From an uncultured Gemmatimonadales bacterium (GTDB lineage: Bacteria; Gemmatimonadota; Gemmatimonadetes; Gemmatimonadales; GWC2-71-9): a DNA stretch of 64,000 nt. Positions 22,311-31,604 of the stretch are shown one piece after another. The DNA lies in assembly GCA_963798915.1 (NCBI GenBank), contig CAWCVB010000007.1, positions 128,001-192,000 of the forward strand. The letters run 5' to 3'. Both the position numbers and the translations under genes were made by a program. Each line of letters begins with the position of its first letter. Within the stretch, counting starts at the first letter, position 1. The notes beneath the pieces were generated by a model. It searched no databases, had not been told where the DNA came from, and worked only from the letters and a program-made list of their open reading frames with translations.

Positions 22311-23525
22311 CTAATCCCCCAACGACGGCAGACTCCGCAGAAAATCCGCCAGCAATTTCGTGGTCGCCACCGGTTGCTCCACCGAGACGATATGGCCGGC
22401 GCCGTGGATCACCTCCAGGCGGGCGCCGGCAATGGCCGCGGCCATGCGGTGCGCCGAGGCGGGTGGCGTAATGCGGTCATGCTCGCCCACCGCCACCAGC
22501 GCGGGAAGCTCGAGCGACTCCAGTAGTGCAGTGCTGTCGGCCCGGTCGCGCATCGCCGCCAGCGCACCGACGATGCCTGGCACGGGCGTGGCGAGAATGA
22601 TCCGTTCGACCTGGTGCCAGGGCTCTCCCACCTGATCGGCCGTCTCACGGGCAAAGAGTTTCGGAAGCATGGCTGCCGCCACCGCGCCTGCACCGGTGTC
22701 CCGCGCGGCCTGCGCCGCCGCATCGCGCGAGCGCCGGCCTTCGGGTGAATCGCTCTCGGCCCGCGTGTCCATCAGAATCAGGGCGCGCACCCGCCCGGGA
22801 TGACGGCGCAGGAATTCGAACGCGATGTAGCCGCCCATGGACAGCCCGCACAGCACCACTTCCTCGACGCCCAGCGAATCCAGCAGCGCCGCCAGGTCCT
22901 CGGCGTACGTGGTCATGCTGTAGCCCAGGTCGGGCGCGTCGGAGCGCCCCATGCCGCGGAGATCCGGGGCAATGCGTCGCCATCCGTCCAGATGCTCGAG
23001 CTGGTGGCGCCAGATGCTCCGGTCCAGCGGATAGCCATGGATGAACAGGATGGCCGGTCCCTCTCCCGCCACGTCCACGGCCAGACCCACGCCATTGACC
23101 GTGATCCGACGCACCGCTTCCCCATCCGGCGTCTCTTCCAGCAGGCCGGCGATCACGTCCGGCACCGGCGCTGGCCTGCCGTTGCCGCCCAGGCAGACGA
23201 AGACGAATTCGGCCGTGGCGGCAAGCGCATCGTCGCTCAGCCGGCGGGCGCTCTGGCGCAGCGTGAAGCTGGTGCGTCCCAGATGCGTCAGCGTCTGTTG
23301 GAAGCGGAGCTGGTCGCCAGGGAAGACCTGGGCGAGGTAATCCACCGAGGCATGCCGAACGGCCGGCCACACGCCCGCGCGCTGGAAGACATCCAGGCCG
23401 GGGCCCGCCAGAAACACATCCCACCGTGCGCGCTCGAACAGGACCAGAAAGGCGGCCTGGTTCAGGTGACCATACGAATCGCACTGGTCGGGATAGACGG
23501 TGACGTCGATCTCAGGAAGGGACAT
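22311..23525 (-). CDS. Fusion of acyl-CoA thioesterase (4HBT/YbgC hotdog fold) and alpha/beta hydrolase
   Basis: N-terminal CDSYGHLNQAAFL..FERAR; C-terminal IHGYP, DLRGMGRS, GLSMGG, GEHD, GAGH. Confidence 0.88.
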   Translation of the reverse strand: MSLPEIDVTVYPDQCDSYGHLNQAAFLVLFERARWDVFLAGPGLDVFQRAGVWPAVRHASVDYLAQVFPGDQLRFQQTLTHLGRTSFTLRQSARRLSDDALAATAEFVFVCLGGNGRPAPVPDVIAGLLEETPDGEAVRRITVNGVGLAVDVAGEGPAILFIHGYPLDRSIWRHQLEHLDGWRRIAPDLRGMGRSDAPDLGYSMTTYAEDLAALLDSLGVEEVVLCGLSMGGYIAFEFLRRHPGRVRALILMDTRAESDSPEGRRSRDAAAQAARDTGAGAVAAAMLPKLFARETADQVGEPWHQVERIILATPVPGIVGALAAMRDRADSTALLESLELPALVAVGEHDRITPPASAHRMAAAIAGARLEVIHGAGHIVSVEQPVATTKLLADFLRSLPSLGD

Positions 23526-23678
23526 GGATGGAGCTTACGCTCCAGGCGGCCAGGCGGCTAGACGGTTGGACGGCTGGACGGCTGGATGGTTAGGTTCCAT
23601 CATCGTGCGCACCTGGCCGCCCGAGCGTCCGGCCGTCCGACGCTCTAGCCGTCTAACCATCCAGCCATCCAGCCGCCC

Positions 23679-23852
23679 ATGCCAGACACCGACTATATCC
23701 GACACGCCGCCAAGTTGGCGCGCCAGGCGCAGATGCAGGCCGCCATGGGTGAGACGCCAACCCTGGACGCCGATTTCTTCAAGACGCTGGCCAAGGCGCT
23801 GGATGAGATGGCGCAGGGATTGGAACAGGTCGCCAGACGGGCGCGCGAGTGA
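23679..23852 (+). CDS. Small helical hypothetical protein (57 aa) coupled to rnd
   Basis: MPDTDYIRHAAKLARQAQMQAAMGETPTLDADFFKTLAKALDEMAQGLEQVARRARE; its TGA overlaps the rnd GTG; below the ORF-track cutoff. Confidence 0.65.
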   Translation: MPDTDYIRHAAKLARQAQMQAAMGETPTLDADFFKTLAKALDEMAQGLEQVARRARE

Positions 23853-25012
23853 CCGGGCGCCAGCCCCGTCCGCTCCGCGACATGACGTTCGTCCACTCCG
23901 ATGCGGGGTTGGCGGCCTGGCTGGCCGACGCCCAGGATGCCGCACTGCTGGCGCTCGACACGGAAGCCGCCAGCTTCCACCGGTACGAGGACAAGGTCTA
24001 CCTGCTCCAGCTGTCCACCCGCGAGCGCACGGCCGTGGTGGACCCTCTCGCCGTCAGCAGTCTGGACGCCATCGGCGACCTGCTGGCCGATCCGGCGGTG
24101 GAATCGGTGTTCCATGATGCCGACTATGACCTTCGGCTGCTGGCCCGCCAGTTCGGGTACAAGTGCACCAGTCTCTTTGACACGCGGGTGGCGGCCCAGC
24201 TGCTCAATGAGCCCGGGATCGGGCTGGCGGCACTGCTCGAGAAATACCTGGGCGTGAAGCTGGACAAGCGCTTCCAGCGGGCCGACTGGTCGGCTCGGCC
24301 CCTGAGCGACGACATGCTGAGATATGCCGCCTCGGACACCGATTATCTACCGGAGTTGCGAGACATACTCCGTGACGAGCTTGTGGCCCGAAAGCGCCTG
24401 CACTGGGCGGAGGAGGAGTTCGCCCTGCTGACCGAAGTGCGCTGGCCGGATGCCGAGGGCATGGAACCGGGTTGGCTGCGGATGAAGGGCGCCAAGGTGC
24501 TCAAGCCGCGCATGTTGGCCGTCCTGGCCGAACTCTGGACTTGGCGCGATGAGGAAGCCAGACGGCTGGACCGCGCGCCCTTCCGGATCATGAACAACGA
24601 GCCGATGATGACCATGGCCAAGGAGCCGCCGGCAAGCCTGGATGAGCTGGCCAAGGTCAAGGGCGTGGGGCGCGACATTGCCGCCAAGCGCGGCGCCGAG
24701 ATCATGCGAGCCATCCAGCGGGCGCTGGCCATTCCCGAGTCGCAGTTGCCGCGCCGGGAGCGCCTGCCCCGGCGCCCACCAGATCCTGAACAGGACGCCC
24801 GGCTCGAACGCCTCAAGGCGGTTCGCAACGAAGCAGCCACGACCATTGGGCTCGCGCCGGGCGTGCTCTGTCCCAACGGAATCCTGGAAGGCGTTGCACG
24901 GCTGGAGCCGGCCACCAGCGAAGAGCTGCTGGAGGTGCCCGGAATCCGGCGATGGCAGGTGGAGGAAATCGGGAAACAGCTGCTGCGGAGTGTTGCCGCT
25001 AAAACCCCATGA
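23849..25012 (+). CDS. rnd: Ribonuclease D (DEDDy exonuclease + HRDC)
   Basis: ALDTE, FHDADYD, FDTRVAA, ADWSARPL, YAASD, WRDEEAR. Confidence 0.93.
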   Translation: MTGRQPRPLRDMTFVHSDAGLAAWLADAQDAALLALDTEAASFHRYEDKVYLLQLSTRERTAVVDPLAVSSLDAIGDLLADPAVESVFHDADYDLRLLARQFGYKCTSLFDTRVAAQLLNEPGIGLAALLEKYLGVKLDKRFQRADWSARPLSDDMLRYAASDTDYLPELRDILRDELVARKRLHWAEEEFALLTEVRWPDAEGMEPGWLRMKGAKVLKPRMLAVLAELWTWRDEEARRLDRAPFRIMNNEPMMTMAKEPPASLDELAKVKGVGRDIAAKRGAEIMRAIQRALAIPESQLPRRERLPRRPPDPEQDARLERLKAVRNEAATTIGLAPGVLCPNGILEGVARLEPATSEELLEVPGIRRWQVEEIGKQLLRSVAAKTP

Positions 25013-25310
25013 AGGCCTTGACACGCGGGTCCATGCGCTCAGGCGTCCAGTAGGGTTCCCAGACCAGCTCGACCTCGACCCGATCAACCCCCTCGAGATC
25101 GTTAACCACGTTGCGCACGTCTTCCATGATCTGCCCACCGGCGGGGCAGCCGGGTGACGTCAGGGTCATCCTGACGATCACGTCGGCATCCACGCCGGCA
25201 GTCTCGTTCACGATGACATCGTAAATCAATCCGATATCCACGATGTTGAGGCCCAGCTCGGGGTCCTTCACGCCGCGGAGCGCCTTGCGGATGGTGTCAG
25301 CTTCGATCAT
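24999..25310 (-). CDS. sufT: Metal-sulfur cluster assembly factor (SufT/DUF59)
   Basis: VKDPELGLNIVDIGLIY, MTLTSPGCP, LVWEPYW. Confidence 0.9.
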   Translation of the reverse strand: MIEADTIRKALRGVKDPELGLNIVDIGLIYDVIVNETAGVDADVIVRMTLTSPGCPAGGQIMEDVRNVVNDLEGVDRVEVELVWEPYWTPERMDPRVKAFMGF

Positions 25311-25363
25311 GAATGGAATATAGCGCGGCGGATGGCCTGCGGACCGCCCGTACAGATCCTGCG

Positions 25364-26527
25364 TCACGAATCTCGGGTTACGAGTTTCGCATCCTGGGCG
25401 GGCATCGCCCGGGCCACGGCATCTGCCACAGCCGAGCGCACTTGGGCCATCGCGCGCAGCGAATGTCGGGCACGCGGGTCGAAACTCCGGTTGGCCAGGA
25501 AGATCACGAAAACATCGCGCGCCGGATCCACCCACATTTCGGTACCGGTCCAGCCGGTGTGCCCATACGCCGTCGAACTGAGCAGGCGGCCATAGACCGA
25601 CGTTCCTTCGTAGGTGGGATCGGGAGAATCCCAGCCGAGGAGCCGGGAGCCTGACACGCTGGTACCGGTCAGGAACTCGTGCACCGTGGACGCCTTGACC
25701 CACATGGTACTGTCATCCAGCGCGCCGTCCCGAAGCCAGGTCTGGGCAAACCGCGCCAGGTCGGAAGCGGTGGCAAAGAGACCTGCATGGCCCGAGACGC
25801 CCTCGAGCATCTGCGCGTTCTGGTCATTCGGCACGCCGGCGACGACTTCACCCTTGAGGAACGAGCTGGGCGCGATCCGAGCCAGCAGCGAGTGCGGTGG
25901 CCGGAACATCGTCTGTGCCATGCCCAGCGGATCGAAGACTTGCTGGCTGAGCACCGAGTCGAGCGGCATGCCCGAGGCAGATTCCAGCACCAGGCCCAGG
26001 AGAATCCCGTTCAGGTCACTGTAGACCGGGCTGGTGCCGGGAGCCTGCCGAAGGGTCGCGGCAGTGACCTGGGCCAGCGCTTCGCTCCGGCTGGTGGCCG
26101 TGCGGTAGAGCGGCAGGAACGGGGGCAGCCCACTGGTATGCAGGAGCAGCATCTTCACCGTCACCGAGTCCCGAAGCCCACCGCTGAACTCGGGCACGTA
26201 CTGCGCAACCGGCGCATTCAGATCCAGCACGCCCTGGTCCACCATGCGAAGCGCCGCGCCGGCCGCAATCACCTTGGTGAGCGAGGCGAGATCCCACAGC
26301 GTGGAGTCGGCGCGCGGGCGGGGCGACGAGCTGCTCCAGGTGTAGTGCCCGAATCGCGCCGAATGCAGAATGCGGTCATGCGTGCCGATTACCACCACAG
26401 CGCCGGGAAACACGCCGCGCTGAATGCCGAAGCGGACCGCCTTGTCCACCGCAGAAAAATCGCGCGTGGGACCGGTTGGGCCGCCGAAGCCAGTGGCGGC
26501 AGCGACGAGGAGCAGCGAGGTGATCAT
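25364..26527 (-). CDS. Serine hydrolase, beta-lactamase class C-like
   Basis: Signal peptide, ASLTK (SxxK), YSD, GHAGLF, GHTGWTG. Confidence 0.9.
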   Translation of the reverse strand: MITSLLLVAAATGFGGPTGPTRDFSAVDKAVRFGIQRGVFPGAVVVIGTHDRILHSARFGHYTWSSSSPRPRADSTLWDLASLTKVIAAGAALRMVDQGVLDLNAPVAQYVPEFSGGLRDSVTVKMLLLHTSGLPPFLPLYRTATSRSEALAQVTAATLRQAPGTSPVYSDLNGILLGLVLESASGMPLDSVLSQQVFDPLGMAQTMFRPPHSLLARIAPSSFLKGEVVAGVPNDQNAQMLEGVSGHAGLFATASDLARFAQTWLRDGALDDSTMWVKASTVHEFLTGTSVSGSRLLGWDSPDPTYEGTSVYGRLLSSTAYGHTGWTGTEMWVDPARDVFVIFLANRSFDPRARHSLRAMAQVRSAVADAVARAMPAQDAKLVTRDS

Positions 26528-27321
26528 TGGCCGCCCGCCGAATCGGAAATGGGACCGACGGGCAGGGCGTACAGCAGTTGTGCCGTGGCTCGGTCGCGAT
26601 CGGTGAGCGCACCGACTCGCGTGGCCGGGAACATCACGTCCGCCGAATCGGCCGAGTGGGGCAGGCCGATGGCGTGGCCGGTCTCATGTACCGCCACAGC
26701 AAAGAGGGAGGCGTCCGGCAACCGGACGCCCGTCTGGGTATGGATGGCCAGCGACACCGAGGCCCGGCGCACCCGCCCAACGCGATCCCACGTGAGATCG
26801 GTCTGGCCGGCACGGTCATAAGGAAAGCGGTCGATCCACCGGAAGACGATGTCGGCCATGGTGGTGTCACTGATCAGCTCGAACCGCACTCCGGAGCCGG
26901 AGGTGGACCAGAGGTCGAGGGCGCGATGCACAAAACTGGTCATGCGGGGCTTGTAGCCGGCCACGTCACCATCGACGATGGCGACCCGCAGCGGCAGGCC
27001 CGCGCGGTCGGGCCAGCGCCGGACCACCGAGTCGGTAGAAGCAAGCAGGGAGTCGAGGTAGGTGGACATCCCGGCCCGGGCGATCTGCTGGCGGGCCGCA
27101 AGCCGGGCCAGCCGATCAATCGTGGGCGTGGCCGCCGGGCCCGCGGCCGGCCGGGCGACCCGGACAGGCGCGGCAGCCGTACGGGCCCCGGACGCCCCGA
27201 CCATCGTGGCAGGCGCCACGGGCTGCGGGGTGTCGCGCGGCTCACGCAGGTGCTGCACGCGGTCCACGAGGACGATAATTGCAAGTCCCAGTGTGAGAAG
27301 CGGCAAGGCGAATCGTTTCAT
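26524..27321 (-). CDS. Matrixin-family (M10) zinc metalloprotease
   Basis: HETGHAIGLPHS plus Met-turn DVMFP; N-terminal TM. Confidence 0.9.
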   Translation of the reverse strand: MKRFALPLLTLGLAIIVLVDRVQHLREPRDTPQPVAPATMVGASGARTAAAPVRVARPAAGPAATPTIDRLARLAARQQIARAGMSTYLDSLLASTDSVVRRWPDRAGLPLRVAIVDGDVAGYKPRMTSFVHRALDLWSTSGSGVRFELISDTTMADIVFRWIDRFPYDRAGQTDLTWDRVGRVRRASVSLAIHTQTGVRLPDASLFAVAVHETGHAIGLPHSADSADVMFPATRVGALTDRDRATAQLLYALPVGPISDSAGGQ

Positions 27322-27461
27322 GGCGTCCGGGTAAAGTCTCCCGCAGGTAATGCAAGGGCCGGGCCGCTCGGGTGGCGCGCCGGGGCGACGCTGCCTAACA
27401 TTGGCCCCGGCGGTTCCACGGCGCCAGCCGCAGCCCTTTCAGCAAGGAGCAGGTTCCGATC

Positions 27462-29786
27462 GTGATGGGTTGGTTTGCGCGGGCCCTGGTCCGCTGGCGC
27501 TGGGCTGTCCTCGGCGCGTGGATCCTCATCGGCGCGGTGGCCGCGATCCGCGCCCCGGCCACCCCCAAACTGCTCAACGTGCGGGGTGGCAGCAACAAGC
27601 TGACCGAGGCGGCGCTCGCCGATCGCGCGCTGAAGACCCGTTTCGCCGAGTCGCTGAGCGACTTCTTTGCCCTCACGCTCGAAGGGCCGGCCCCGTTCGA
27701 CAGCGGCCGGCCTCGCATGGTGCTGGACAGCATCTCCAGCGCGCTGGCCCGCCAGCCGTACATCCGCAGCGTCGTCTCCTGGCCGCTGACGCACGATTCC
27801 ACGTTCATCAGCAGCGATCACCGGGCCACGTTTCTGGTGCTCGCACTCACGGTGACCGAGAGCGACACGGTCGCCAACCTGGTGACGCCGGTGCGGTCGG
27901 TGATTGCCGCGACGCTGCGCACTTTTCATGACAGCGACCAATATACGGCACACGTCACCGGCCGCTCGCCACTCGACCTCGACGTGCGCAAGGTTTCCAC
28001 CGAGGACAGCAAGACCGGCGAGGCGCGGCTGCTGCCGCTGACGCTGGTGGTGCTCATCCTCGCATTCGGCGCACTGGTGGCGGCCGGCCTGCCACTGGTG
28101 ATTGGCTTCCTGGCCATCGCTGTCTCGCTCACGATCATCGGGCTGCTCACCAGGATTACGCCCATGTCCATCTTCGTCCTCAACATGACGACGATGATCG
28201 GGCTGGGCGTGGGCATTGACTACTCGCTCCTGGTGGTGACGCGCTTCCGGGAAGAACTGCGGCGTGGCCACCGGCGTCGGGAAGCGGCGGTCAATACGGT
28301 GCGGACCGCAGGCAGCGCCGTGGTGACATCCGGCATGACCGTCGTGGTGGGGTTTGCGGCACTCCTGTTCACACCACTGATCGAGACCCGGAGCGTCGGC
28401 CTGGGCGGACTCGTGGTGGTCGCCGTTGCAGTGCTGCTGTCGATTACGCTCCTCCCTGCCCTCCTGGCCATCATGGGCCGCGACATCGATCGTCCCCGGT
28501 GGCTGGCGCGGCGACTCACGTGGTATCACTCGCCGCGCGCCTGGGAAAAGTGGGCGCGCTCGCTGGCTCGCCACCCGCTCCGCGCCCTCTCCATGGGCGG
28601 GCTCGCGATTGCGGTGCTCACCACACCACTGCTCTTCATTCGAATCGGCCTGCCGGCCCGCAACTGGTGGCCCTCGGCGACCGAAGCCGGCCGTGGGCTG
28701 GAGACGCTCACGCGCATGGGTGTGGCGGGCTACATCCAACCAGTCCGGGTGGTGGTGGAGCTGCCGCCTGGCGGGAATGCGGTGAGCGCTGCCTCGCTTC
28801 GGGGCATGATGGCGCTCCGGGATTCATTCCAGGCCGACCCCCGCGTGCGTGAGGTCCGCAGCCTGGTGAACATCGGCGGCCGTCAATCCATTCTCGAGCT
28901 GTCAGCCTTGTACAGCGAGCTGGACAGCGCGCGCGCCGAGTATGGCGAGTTTGTCAATGCGTACCTGAGCCGTGACAGCCGGGTGGCGCTGATGGATCTC
29001 ATCCCTGCCGATACCACCTCGCTCACCAGTACCCAGGAACTGGTGCGCCGGGTGCGGGACATTGTGGCCCACCCGCCGAAGCAGCTCCGCACTGCCACGA
29101 TCAGGGTGGGCGGCTACTCGGCGAGTGCGCTGGATTTTCAGGATGACCTGATGGCGCGCTTCCCGCTCATTGTCCTCCTGGTCCTCGGCGCCACCGGCGT
29201 GATGCTGGCGATTGCCTTCCGGTCGGTGCTGGTGCCGCTCAAGGCCATCATCATGAACAGTCTCTCGGTGGGCGCCACGTTCGGGCTCATCGTGCTGGTG
29301 TTCCAATACGGCCTCGGCGCCCGGATCCTGGGGCTCTCCGGCGCCACGTCGGCCATCTTCGTCGTGGTACCGGTGCTGGTCTTTGCCGTGGTCTTCGGCC
29401 TCAGCATGGATTACGAAGTGTTCCTGCTGAGCCGCATCAAGGAAGCGTTTGACCGCACCGGCCGGAACGACGAAGCAACCATGGAAGGCGTCGCCGCCAC
29501 GGCGAGCGTCATCACCTCCGCCGCGCTCATCATGATCATGGTGTTCGGGGTGTTTGCCTTTGCGCGAGTGCTGGTCATGCAGTTCCTGGGCTTTGGGCTG
29601 GCGGTGGCGGTGCTGCTGGATGCGACCATCATCCGGATGGTGCTGGTGCCGTCCTTCATGCACCTGGCCGGACGATGGAACTGGTGGCCGGGGGTGCGGA
29701 AGGCCGACAGCCGGGAAGACGGCAAAACGGGAAGACCGATTGCTCCAGATCTTCCCGCCGTCCCAACGTCCCGCCCTTCCGACTGA
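27462..29786 (+). CDS. MMPL family (RND superfamily) transporter
   Basis: GLGVGIDYSLLVVTRFREE, FGLSMDYEVFLLSRIKE, LLDATIIRMVLVP. Confidence 0.95.
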   Translation: MMGWFARALVRWRWAVLGAWILIGAVAAIRAPATPKLLNVRGGSNKLTEAALADRALKTRFAESLSDFFALTLEGPAPFDSGRPRMVLDSISSALARQPYIRSVVSWPLTHDSTFISSDHRATFLVLALTVTESDTVANLVTPVRSVIAATLRTFHDSDQYTAHVTGRSPLDLDVRKVSTEDSKTGEARLLPLTLVVLILAFGALVAAGLPLVIGFLAIAVSLTIIGLLTRITPMSIFVLNMTTMIGLGVGIDYSLLVVTRFREELRRGHRRREAAVNTVRTAGSAVVTSGMTVVVGFAALLFTPLIETRSVGLGGLVVVAVAVLLSITLLPALLAIMGRDIDRPRWLARRLTWYHSPRAWEKWARSLARHPLRALSMGGLAIAVLTTPLLFIRIGLPARNWWPSATEAGRGLETLTRMGVAGYIQPVRVVVELPPGGNAVSAASLRGMMALRDSFQADPRVREVRSLVNIGGRQSILELSALYSELDSARAEYGEFVNAYLSRDSRVALMDLIPADTTSLTSTQELVRRVRDIVAHPPKQLRTATIRVGGYSASALDFQDDLMARFPLIVLLVLGATGVMLAIAFRSVLVPLKAIIMNSLSVGATFGLIVLVFQYGLGARILGLSGATSAIFVVVPVLVFAVVFGLSMDYEVFLLSRIKEAFDRTGRNDEATMEGVAATASVITSAALIMIMVFGVFAFARVLVMQFLGFGLAVAVLLDATIIRMVLVPSFMHLAGRWNWWPGVRKADSREDGKTGRPIAPDLPAVPTSRPSD

Positions 29787-29802
29787 CTTCCGGTCTGTCC
29801 GT

Positions 29803-30267
29803 CTACCTGATCGCCCCCATGACGCCGCGGACCATCCAGATCAGCCCGACGGTCAGCAGCGTCAGCAGGACCACTACTATCACGACTTCGGCGATACCGG
29901 CCGCGCGGTACAGGCCGATCCGCTCCCGGTCGGCGCGGGCGGCCGCACGCCGGGCCTCGATTCTGGAGATGGCAGGCGACGAGACCGGTGTGCTGCCTTC
30001 GGGCGACAGGGATGGAAACCCCTCGGGCGAGCGTCGTACGCTGCCGAGAACGAGGCGATCTTCCGGAGGCCGAAAGCCCATCCGTTCGTTCCACGCTGAT
30101 ACGATGCCAGAGTGATTGCGCACCGGCTGCCACGCCTGCCTGGCGTAGTCGAACACGTAGTCGTCCACGTCCAAATGGCCCGCCTCGAGCGCATCGAGCA
30201 GCGAATCGAGCGTGAGCCAGGGGGTTTCGACGCCGGCGGAATTGCTGGTCAGGAACGGGACGGGCAC
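29803..30267 (-). CDS. Hypothetical membrane protein, possible GYF_2-like N-terminus
   Basis: LDSLLDALEAGHLDVDDYVFD...WQPV; C-terminal TM helix. Confidence 0.6.
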   Translation of the reverse strand: MPVPFLTSNSAGVETPWLTLDSLLDALEAGHLDVDDYVFDYARQAWQPVRNHSGIVSAWNERMGFRPPEDRLVLGSVRRSPEGFPSLSPEGSTPVSSPAISRIEARRAAARADRERIGLYRAAGIAEVVIVVVLLTLLTVGLIWMVRGVMGAIR

Positions 30268-30343
30268 GCCTGCCGCCTCTCAAGAGGTTGCCTGCAACAT
30301 TCATCCAATCGCCGATACCCGCAATAGCGGTGGGCAGCGGGAC

Positions 30344-31603
30344 TCAGAAGAAGTCTGCGGTGCCTGACCCGAATCGAGGATTGACCACGTTATTGAAGAT
30401 CGAGCCGAAGCTGTAGCTGAAGCCGGCCGAGAGGAAGTAGCGGTAGTCGGTGGCAAGCTCCTGCTGCTGGAGGAGAATCTCCTCGGGGGTCAGGCCCTGG
30501 GCCGGCAGGTAGAGCTGGTCCCGGACGCGCGAAATGCTGCCGTCCAGCTCCAGCGAGAGTCCCTTGAGCAATCGCACCTGGAGGTCCGTGGAGAACCGCA
30601 CCGAATTGCGAGCGAGGTCATGAAGATACTGTCTCGCTCGGAGCCGGAAGCCGGCCGATCCCCATGGCTGGGTGGCATCAAGTTCGGCCTCCAGCGAATG
30701 CTCCAGCAGCGTCTGCCGGAGCTTCTGGTAGATGGTCACTTCATCGTAGCGGAAGTAATCGGCGCCCAGCTGGTACCGGATGGTGAGAAGCCGGCCCGCC
30801 GAGGCACTGTAGGGAAACACGTCGTACTCGACACCGAGCGCACCGCGGAGGCCCAGCCGGCGGTTGCTGTAGCTGGACCGGCTGGCGGCCACGGCCGCGC
30901 CGATGCCCCAGTGCGGCCCCATAGTCCTCACGACTGATGCTTCGGCGCCGTATTCCCGCTGCGTGCTGCTGACCGTCTCGGTGCTGTCCAGGTCAAAGGA
31001 GTTCTTCTCATAACTCCCATCCAGCGACAACGAGAGCTTGAGCGCGTCGGTGTTGCGGTTGGCGGAGACACTGCCTTCGAGGTCGGTGCTCTTCTGGTGC
31101 GACTCTCCCTCGAGGCGCGTCTGCCCGTCAACGCGGAAGACCCAGAAATTCCACGGATCCTGGGCCGGCGTCGTCTCGGCGGTGCTGTCGAGCGCCGGGC
31201 CGCGATAGCTGATCACCAGGTCCCGGCCAATGGGCGACCGGGCGACGAAGCGTACCAGCCCCAGCTTGAAGGTCCGGGCCAATCCCTCCCGCACCTGATC
31301 ATCGGTCGCATCCTGGGGCGCAAACCACGAGAGCGAGTCCCGGGTGGCGGCAAAGGCATGTCGACCAATGAAGACCGCGGCATAGGCCGCGCCGCCACCG
31401 CCGGTTCGCTGGCGGGTGACCAGGATGTGCACATCGGCGTCCTGGGGCGAGCGGACATAGTCCACAAAGGTGATCTGGCGAACGAAGTAATCGTCGTCGC
31501 AGTGGAAGTGCTGGCAGTCGAGGTAGACCCGGATCGGTGAGACCTGCGCGGCCGCCGTGGCCGGCAGCAAAAGCAGCAGGAACAACAGCAGCGACCGCGC
31601 CAT
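30344..31603 (-). CDS. Outer-membrane beta-barrel hypothetical protein
   Basis: Signal peptide MARSLLLFLLLLLPATAAAQ, amphipathic strands, C-terminal YSFGSIFNNVVNPRF. Confidence 0.8.
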   Translation of the reverse strand: MARSLLLFLLLLLPATAAAQVSPIRVYLDCQHFHCDDDYFVRQITFVDYVRSPQDADVHILVTRQRTGGGGAAYAAVFIGRHAFAATRDSLSWFAPQDATDDQVREGLARTFKLGLVRFVARSPIGRDLVISYRGPALDSTAETTPAQDPWNFWVFRVDGQTRLEGESHQKSTDLEGSVSANRNTDALKLSLSLDGSYEKNSFDLDSTETVSSTQREYGAEASVVRTMGPHWGIGAAVAASRSSYSNRRLGLRGALGVEYDVFPYSASAGRLLTIRYQLGADYFRYDEVTIYQKLRQTLLEHSLEAELDATQPWGSAGFRLRARQYLHDLARNSVRFSTDLQVRLLKGLSLELDGSISRVRDQLYLPAQGLTPEEILLQQQELATDYRYFLSAGFSYSFGSIFNNVVNPRFGSGTADFF

Positions 31604-31604
31604 G

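Noticed and set aside
25364..26527. Antibiotic-resistance beta-lactamase
   Set aside because: SxxK/YSD/HTG fit the broad serine hydrolase/esterase family in a housekeeping context; resistance cannot be inferred.
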